NCBI RefSeq assembly: GCF_006345805.1
Contig: NW_021829183.1
Location: forward strand, 1-6,889
Direction: 5' to 3'
From: Octopus sinensis
Taxonomy: Eukaryota
DNA length: 6,889 nt
Below are positions 1 through 6,660 of this stretch, in pieces. The notes below the pieces were generated by a model. It saw only the letters and a list, made by a program, of their open reading frames with translations. It did no database searches and was not told where the DNA came from. The position numbers and the translations under genes were made by a program. How positions within the stretch are numbered: the first letter of the stretch is position 1; each line of letters begins with the position of its first letter.

Positions 1-82
1 CACACTACATACACACGCACACACACATATGTATACACATATACATACATGTGTGAATATATATATGTGTATAAATATATGC

Positions 83-147
<65 letters not shown>

Positions 148-165
148 ATATGTATTATGTATGTA
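1..165. repeat. Compound (CA)n/(TA)n microsatellite
   Basis: Direct reading. It accounts for ORF 29-256. Confidence 0.95.
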
Positions 166-209
166 TACACATGAAGAGAGAGTGAAAGAGATTGATATAT
201 ATATATATA

Positions 210-447
210 CAAAATTTAGAAGAATGACCACTAATAGTGGAGAGCCTGTATGCTAGAAATAGACGTCAAACCCGCCATTTACCACGAAGAATGTGTTCTC
301 AAGAAAAAATTCAGCAGAAAACCAAAGTGTAAAAATAAGCAAAACAAATGAAAATATACGAAATAAAAAATGATTATCTATGCGAGTTTGTCGTCTATTT
401 CTAGCATACAGGCTGTCCACTTTTAGTGGTCATTCCTCTAAATTTTG
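210..447. mobile_element. 238-bp MITE with 66-bp TIRs and TA flanks (Tc1/mariner-type, non-autonomous)
   Basis: 210-275 (CAAAATTTAGAAGAATGACCACTAATAGTGGAGAGCCTGTATGCTAGAAATAGACGTCAAACCCGC) matches the reverse complement of 382-447 at 61/66 nt. TA is present at 208-209 and 448-449. The 106-bp spacer is A-rich and non-coding. Confidence 0.85.
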
Positions 448-539
448 TATGTATAAAAATTTTTAATCTTCGGATTTTTTTAAAATATGCTAGGCCACTG
501 GTTTTAATTGATTAATATCAATTTCTACCCTTATTTAAT

Positions 540-607
<68 letters not shown>
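540..607. repeat. (TA)n microsatellite
   Basis: Direct reading. Confidence 0.97.
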
Positions 608-610
<3 letters not shown>

Positions 611-1147
611 TTCTTAATCAGCAATGTTTTGAGAGTGATTCGAAGTATCGGCCAGCTAAGCTATCGCCGGACTGCGTGCATCAGAGTTAATCTTACAGAC
701 TTGTTTACAAAGTTCTAAATGCATTAATAAATTATAAACAAAAATATGTCCCCAAACTTAAATAATTTTTCCAAAACCCCTTTCCCAAACAACTAACCAT
801 AAAAGAAAACCTGATACAACTCAAACCCTCGCACTCAAAGATGTTTTTTTTAAACTCAGCAGCGACTGATTCTAATATATTGCTGCCCGACGCTGGCTTA
901 GCTAGCTGAAACATCGAGGTCACTGTCTACAACAATCTTGGTTAAGAAAAACAAATTTGTACTGTACAAGAGTATAGGGTGACCCATGTGGATAATGTGA
1001 AATTGTTTAGATTTCAACTGAACATCATAACAAACATTAATGGGGGGGGGACAGGAGGAGTGTGTTTGCGTGTGTATATTTGGCTCTGAATACTCACAAA
1101 AATACACTCGTAAAGAGACATACACAGACACGCACACAACATTTACG

Positions 1148-1148
<1 letters not shown>

Positions 1149-1180
<32 letters not shown>
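1149..1180. repeat. (TA)n microsatellite
   Basis: Direct reading. Confidence 0.95.
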
Positions 1181-1184
<4 letters not shown>

Positions 1185-1189
1185 ATCTG

Positions 1190-1483
1190 GTGGTATATCG
1201 TAAATACCTTAATTTATAATTATATATATATATATATCTTTACTACCCACAAGGGGCTAAACATAGAGGGGACAAACAATGACAGACAAACGGATTAAGT
1301 CGATTATATCGACCCCAGTGCGAAACGGGTATTTTATTTATCGACCCCGAAAGGATGGAAGGCAAAGTCGACCTCGGCGGAATTTGAACTGAGAACATAA
1401 CGACAGACGAAATACCGCCAAGCATTTCGTCCGGCGTGCTAACGTTTCTGCCATGTGGTATCTCGTAAATCCCTTAATTCATA
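1190..1483 (+). repeat. 29-bp direct repeat (1190-1218 and 1455-1483), probable target-site duplication of the SINE
   Basis: GTGGTATATCGTAAATACCTTAATTTATA vs GTGGTATCTCGTAAATCCCTTAATTCATA, 26/29 identical. One copy lies just beyond the SINE tail and the other 1 nt from the SINE 5' end. Confidence 0.75.
1239..1453 (-). mobile_element. tRNA-derived SINE, slightly 5'-truncated (octopus-type family by recall)
   Basis: The minus strand reads TGGCAGAAACGTT (A-box-like, 1441-1453) and then GTTCAAATTCC (B-box, 1379-1389). The central domain is GGTCGACTTTGCCTTCCATCCTTTCGGGGTCGATAAAT. The 3' end is GCCCCTTGTGGGTAGTAAAG followed by a (TA)n tail. A direct repeat flanks the element. Confidence 0.85.
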
Positions 1484-1526
1484 GATATATATATATAGAT
1501 GATATATAATATATTATATATATAAT

Positions 1527-1600
<74 letters not shown>
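1482..1600. repeat. Interrupted (TA)n grading into (CA)n, abutting the Tc1 left end
   Basis: Direct reading. Confidence 0.95.
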
Positions 1601-1602
<2 letters not shown>

Positions 1603-1628
1603 AGGTTGGACAAAATAGTGGAAACACC
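1601..1628 (+). repeat. Left terminal inverted repeat (~28 bp) of the Tc1 element
   Basis: It resembles the Tc1-like terminus CAGGG(G)TTGGACAAAAT..GGAAACACC (recalled) and sits at the edge of a TA microsatellite about 185 bp before the ATG. The partner TIR is absent, so the exact length is unverified. Confidence 0.7.
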
Positions 1629-1786
1629 AAGCATCACAGCACCATAATTTTGAAATTTTAAAACCGTCAAAAGCTTGTTTATTTTAAAGTTTTTTTTAAT
1701 CATTATTAGTGTTGCTTAATATGTTTTGATAAAATTGCTGTTTCTTTTCAGATATCATCAAAAGAAGGTAATTAAATTTCATTCAA

Positions 1787-2703
1787 ATGACAGATCTACC
1801 GGACTTTCGAAGAGGTCAAACTGTTAGTGCTCGTATGGCAGGCGCTAGCGTAACGAAAACAGCCGAAATGTTTGGTGTATCAAGAAGTACTGTCTCGAAA
1901 GTAATGACAGCCCTTAAGAAAGAGGGTAAAACCTCCTCGTCGAAACAAAACTCCGGAAGAAAATCAAAACTTTCAGATAGGGACCGTCGGTTTCTTACGC
2001 GAATTGTTAGAAAGGATCACAAAAGTACAGCTCTCAAAATTACTACAGAGCTTAATGACCACTTTGAGAACCCAGTTTCCACAAAAACTGTTCGCCGAGA
2101 GCTGCACAAAGCCAGATTTCACGGGAGAACTGCAATCAGAAAACTATTACTTTCAAAAATAAATGTTGAAAAGCATTTAGAGTGGAGTAAAAACCTACAG
2201 AATTGGTCGCTAAAGCAGTGGAAGAATGTTATTTTCTCGGACTAGTCATCCTTTACCCTATTTTCGACCATCGACCGAGTATACGTGTGGAGACAGCCAA
2301 AAGAAGCATTTGACCTACACTGCCTTCTTCCACCTGTTAAACATGGAGGAGGATCCGTGATGATCTGGGAGACTATATCTTGGAAATCCACCGGCCTAAT
2401 GGTTTCCCTTCATGGCAGAATTAATAGTCAAGACTATTTAAGTATTTTATCTGATCAAATTTACCCTATGGTAGCGGAACTGTTTCTAGAGGGAAACGCT
2501 ATCTTTCAGGATGATAATGCGCCAATTCACACAGCTAAAGTTGTTACTGAATGGCACGAAGAATATTCTAGTGAAGTTGAACATCTTATCTGGTCACCAC
2601 AGTCCCCAGATCTCAATATTATTGAAAATTTATGGTGCATTTTAGAAAACAAGTAAGGTGTCGATATCCTCCACCATCATCAATACAAGAACTGGAGAAT
2701 GTG
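1787..2703 (+). pseudogene. Tc1-family transposase pseudogene (HTH DNA-binding region, GRK motif, DDE domain)
   Basis: ORFs 1787-2245 and 2285-2656 are in the same frame and are joined by SSFTLFSTIDRVY(V). Motifs present: paired-like HTH (GASVTKTAEMFGVSRSTVSKV), SGRKSKL, VSTKTVRRELH, VIFSD*S, KHGGGSVMIW, FQDDNAP and SPDLNIIENLW. Lesions: TAG at 2243-2245 in place of the E of FSDES; a 1-bp loss in the A run at 2646-2649, after which the shifted frame reads QVRCRYPPPSSIQELENV; and C-terminal truncation. Confidence 0.95.
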
Positions 2704-2721
2704 TGTGTTGTGTGTGTGTGT
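2701..2721. repeat. (GT)n tract at the Tc1 truncation point
   Basis: Direct reading. Confidence 0.9.
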
Positions 2722-2883
2722 AATGAAGGATATATTTGAAACGAAATCCTTCATAGAAAAATATCTGAAAAGAGACGAGATGGTTACATCTAGAATGCGT
2801 TGACCACGATACTTTTTTATCGTGACTTGCACAAGACTAAACAACAGCAGGAACATGTCGACCACAGCTTGTTAAGATTGTGT

Positions 2884-2963
2884 TGAGAGAGAGAGACAGA
2901 TAGAGAGAGGAGAGAAAGAGAAAAGAGAGAGGAGGTAGAGAGAGTCAGAGATTGAGAGAGAGA
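2884..2963. repeat. Degenerate (GA)n purine tract
   Basis: Direct reading. Confidence 0.9.
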
Positions 2964-3229
2964 TCTAATGTTGTATACGAGCACTTCCCCATACTGATTT
3001 AATGAAAAAAACTACCTCGTTTTGATGGGGATCTGTTGAGAGACTAACAGCATCCGAGGCTGCATGTGTCTGGAGAGGTAGCGAAACTACATAGGAAGTT
3101 TATGCCATAGCAGCAGTGGGGCGGTCTCGGTGAGGTTGGTATGAAAAGGGTTAAAAATGTCTGCCGTGAGAATAGATACTCAATTTGAACAAAAACAACA
3201 GAAAGAAATAGACTTAAACCATCTTTTAC

Positions 3230-3292
3230 CTCTCATGTTTTTCTGAACTTCCGGAATCCTCTTCGTTTAAGAGACTACTGAATCTCTCTGAT
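3230..3292 (-). CDS. Candidate 63-nt internal exon (phase 2-2) of an unidentified host gene, encoding (x)SERFSSLLNEEDSGSSEKHE(R/S)
   Basis: On the minus strand there is a branch-like CTAAT (3332-3328), an AG-free pyrimidine tract TTTTCTTTCTTTTCTTTTTTTAATCTCAG|, and a donor GAGAG|GTAAAA. Only one of the three frames is open, and the length is a multiple of 3. I do not recognise a homolog. Confidence 0.55.
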
Positions 3293-3332
3293 CTGAGATT
3301 AAAAAAAGAAAAGAAAGAAAATATATAATTAG

Positions 3333-3410
3333 TCATCATCATCATCACCATCATCATCATTATCATCATTATTATTCTTATCGTTATTATTGTCGTTTTT
3401 GTTATTTTTA
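3333..3410. repeat. (CAT)n/(TAT)n degenerate trinucleotide repeat
   Basis: Direct reading. Confidence 0.88.
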
Positions 3411-3419
3411 TTTGGACGT

Positions 3420-3686
3420 GCATATTCACATACAACATAGCTACATTCATATATACATCCATACAGTCACATTTACATGTAAATATATGCATATACATAT
3501 ATACACATATATTCATACATATAAACACACAAATATACATACATGCATATATACATATGCATACATACATTACATGCATTGATGTAAATATATATTCTTA
3601 CCTATATAATACATTCCTACATGTGTGTACATATATACATATATATACGCATATAAATTTATATATATATATGTGTGTGTGTGTGT
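3420..3686. repeat. Low-complexity CATA/TA/GT repeat region
   Basis: Direct reading. Confidence 0.85.
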
Positions 3687-3870
3687 AAATAAATCGAAAA
3701 TGAAGATATAGAATTGACAATCCAAAGTTTAAATTTATTAGCATAATACTATATTATATTTAATATATACCCATGCGATTTGTAAGGTTTCCTCTGCAAA
3801 ATTGGTATTTAACAGGGGAGCCAGTGAAAGATTGGATGTTTTCATCCCTATTTTCAATAAATAAATAATC

Positions 3871-3889
3871 TATATATATATATATATAT

Positions 3890-3974
<85 letters not shown>

Positions 3975-3975
3975 T

Positions 3976-4026
<51 letters not shown>

Positions 4027-4050
4027 TGTATATATATATCATATATATCA
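3871..4050. repeat. Long interrupted (TA)n microsatellite (~180 bp)
   Basis: Direct reading. Confidence 0.97.
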
Positions 4051-4051
4051 T

Positions 4052-4271
4052 GCGTGTATCTCTGTATCACCCACCACCGCTTGATACCCGTTGTCGGTGT
4101 GTTTACTCATATGTATGCTACTTTACGGTTCGGCAAAAGAGACTGACAGAATAACTACCAGGCTTCAAAAAGGAATGAAGTCCTGGGGTCAATTCGTCCG
4201 ACTGAAATCTCTTCAAAGCGGTGCCCCATCATGGCCACAGTCAAATGACTGAAACAAATAAAAGATGAAAG
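4052..4271 (+). mobile_element. 3' half of a second SINE family, with the tRNA head missing
   Basis: CACCGCTTGA...TTACGGTTCGGCAAAAGAGAC...CTGGGGTCAATT...GCGGTGCCCCATCATGGCCACAGTCAAATGACTGAAACAAATAAAAGATGAAAG. It has a terminal stem-loop CAGTCA/TGACTG (4238-4251) and an A-rich tail. It matches my recollection of an abundant octopus SINE with an internal microsatellite, so the family identity rests on recall. Confidence 0.7.
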
Positions 4272-4485
4272 GTACAGTGATCGACGCATCAAGAGAAATG
4301 GATGAGACCTAAGAATGAAATATAATTAATATACGACCGCCCTGACGTTGTTGTTGAGAGCTAAAACAAAAGCTGTTTTGTAGAAGTCAATTCCCTAATT
4401 AACACCAGTATAGTAAAATAAATATATATGATATCACAGGTTTATTGATGGAGTGCTCTAAATACACTTCCAAGTTTATAGCCGA

Positions 4486-4995
4486 GTAGCAGTATCGCCC
4501 GGCGTTGCTCGGGTTTGTAAGGGAAATAACTATATAAGCATTTTTAGAGAGTTACTTCCCTTATAGATGCCAATTCGGGCTTTCTTAGCCATTTCTGTTT
4601 TGGTGTCTTCAAGCCATGAAGTCGTTGTTCTAAAAGAACGCTGGTTCCCTTGACACGCTTACGACGTTGATTTCCTTACACTCCCTTCCCCACAGCTTCA
4701 CGAGGGAGGGAAGAAGGGGAGAAGCAAACAGGTGCAGGTGTGACCATGGATGCCAACTCCGTCGCCATCGACACACGAAAAATTATGCATTAAAATGGAA
4801 TAAAAAATGATGTTAAATTATTTTTAAAATCGTAGACTCATCGTAGACGCGCGCTAATAGCCAGACGGGCTTGATATGAATCACGACTATAAGATACCCG
4901 AATTTGGTTAAACTGCACCGCAAAATGCGGGAGTAGTTAGGAATCTAAATCGAAGGGGACAGACACTCACACAACTACAGTTTTATATATATAGA
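4486..4995 (-). mobile_element. Non-autonomous Helitron, 510 bp
   Basis: The minus strand starts A|TCTATATATATAAAAC (5' TC at 4995-4994) and ends CCCGAGCAACGCCGGG-CGATACTG-CTAC|T. The GC-rich hairpin (4498-4513) lies 12 nt from the end, and the terminus is one substitution from CTAG. It is inserted between A (4485) and T (4996) with no TSD. There is no Rep/helicase ORF. Confidence 0.82.
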
Positions 4996-5177
4996 TATTG
5001 AAGAGATGGGAGAGTATGTGACCACTCCTCTGCAACAAAGTGCGGGTGAACTTGGATTCTGAGACAGTGACGTAGCTATGGACCATTGCGATATCTGGGA
5101 CAATAGATCACAAGAATTTTCTGGAAATCTAACGGGTTTATTTTTTTTACCATATTGGTGTTAACTGGGAAACTAAC

Positions 5178-5208
5178 TAGTAGATAGATAGTAAAGATAG
5201 ACAGATAT

Positions 5209-5263
<55 letters not shown>

Positions 5264-5274
5264 TATAGATAGAT

Positions 5275-5346
<72 letters not shown>
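5178..5346. repeat. Compound (GATA)n-(GACA)n-(GATA)n tetranucleotide microsatellite
   Basis: Direct reading. It gives the YLSI/CLSV ORFs. Confidence 0.97.
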
Positions 5347-5349
<3 letters not shown>

Positions 5350-5369
5350 TGAGGAAAGTGATAATTGTT

Positions 5370-5440
5370 GACAACGACGATGGCGATGATGAAGTTGTGG
5401 ATGAGGACGTTTTATGGTCGACAACGACGGCGACGACGAC
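5370..5440. repeat. Degenerate (GAC/GAT)n trinucleotide repeat
   Basis: gacaacgacgatggcgatgatgaag...gacaacgacggcgacgacgac. Confidence 0.7.
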
Positions 5441-5737
5441 TTGGTAATTTAAAATCTCAAACCAAGCATCGAGAAATTAAAAACGATAAATCTCCCTATT
5501 TGAAAGATTTATTCTCTGATAAAACCTAAACAGTAAGGAAATGATCAATATTTCACAGAGTTTAATGTGAAAGAGAGACGCTGTGTAAGCTATATTGTAC
5601 TGTTGCACCTCTCTGACGAACGCGCTGACAGTTTCAAATTCCTCAATTTCTTGATATTTATGGCGTTCCTCGATTGTTGCTTTAGACGTTTCTATGTTTA
5701 TGCAGTTTGGTTGTTTGATGTTTCTGTTTTATATGAA

Positions 5738-5995
5738 TAAACATACATACATGCACACAAGTATGTACACATCAACATACGTACACATACACACACATAT
5801 ATATGAACATATATATATATATTTATTTATATGCATACACATATACTTGCGTATGTTTAAATACACGTATGTGTACGTTTGCATATATATATATATAAAT
5901 AGAGAGAGAGGGGGGAGAGATGAGAGAGGGAGTAAGAGAGGATGTATAATGTTTTGCGAGCGAAATACATACATGTGTGTGTGTGTGTGTGTCAG
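5738..5995. repeat. Mixed CA/TA/GA/GT low-complexity region
   Basis: Direct reading. Confidence 0.85.
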
Positions 5996-6174
5996 TGTGA
6001 GCGTTTTATGAAAGAAGACCCACCCCGCAAGTCTTTACGGGGTGGACAGGCCATTAAACCAAAGTTAGTATTACTTTATTTCTGTCACTAAAACTTCATA
6101 TGACATATATTGGTACTATAATATAATTTTTATTATCTAACACTTCACATAGACGTTCCTATTAACGAAAGTAA

Positions 6175-6248
6175 TCACACACGCACACACACGCACACAC
6201 ACGCACACACACCTGTGTGCGTGTATATATATATATATATATATATAG

Positions 6249-6279
<31 letters not shown>

Positions 6280-6660
6280 TAAACAGACAGATGGATAAGT
6301 GGATAGATATATAGACAGATAGATATATAGATAGATATAGATATACTTAAGTTTACATACGTGGCATACATGCATGTGCTCATTCAGATATACATTCAAT
6401 CATACATACGTAAAAACGTACATGTATACAAAGATACACACACATATATACATGCATATATATATCTACATATATATGTATACATAGAATATCTACAAAT
6501 ATATATACATATATATATATACACACACACATATATATACATATACACATATATATATACATATATACATATATATATATATACATATATCTACATATAT
6601 ATATGTATACAAACAAATACACATACATACATACATACATAATGCACGCATGCAAACATA
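6175..6660. repeat. Compound microsatellite array: (CA)n, (TA)n, (GA)n, (GATA)n, (CATA)n
   Basis: Direct reading. Confidence 0.9.

Larger units (their letters stand above)
1601..2703 (+). mobile_element. Tc1/mariner DNA transposon (DD36E, Incomer-like), 3'-truncated, with left TIR only
   Basis: It begins with the Tc1-type terminus CAAGGTTGGACAAAATAGTGGAAACACC (1601-1628) at the end of a (TA)n/(CA)n run. About 160 bp of leader follows, then the transposase from ATG 1787. Homology stops at ...QELENV (2703), where a (GT)n tract begins. I found no reverse-complement TIR (GGTGTTTCC...CCAACC) downstream. Confidence 0.93.

Noticed and set aside
1042-1050. G9 run as a possible G-quadruplex
   Set aside because: It is a single homopolymer run without four separate G-tracts.
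1243-1425. 60-aa minus-strand ORF
   Set aside because: It lies wholly inside the SINE and is a chance ORF.
233-1622. AATAGTGGA shared by the MITE TIR (233-241) and the Tc1 TIR (1614-1622), suggesting the MITE is mobilised by this Tc1
   Set aside because: It is only a 9-mer, it sits at different distances from the ends, and the right MITE arm has AAAAGTGGA instead. The termini do not match.
2680-2865. Minus-strand acceptor CTCTTTTCAG| at 2766/2765, in phase with the 63-nt exon (RYFSMKDFVSNISF...)
   Set aside because: There is no donor before the frame runs into the (CA)n tract and the antisense transposase. It is not supportable without RNA data.
3594-3620. Consensus minus-strand donor AG|GTAAGA at about 3601
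   Set aside because: It is embedded in low-complexity sequence with no credible upstream exon or acceptor.
5178-5346. Regular repeats as a CRISPR-like or other novel array
   Set aside because: These are plain tetranucleotide repeats with no spacers, in a eukaryotic context.
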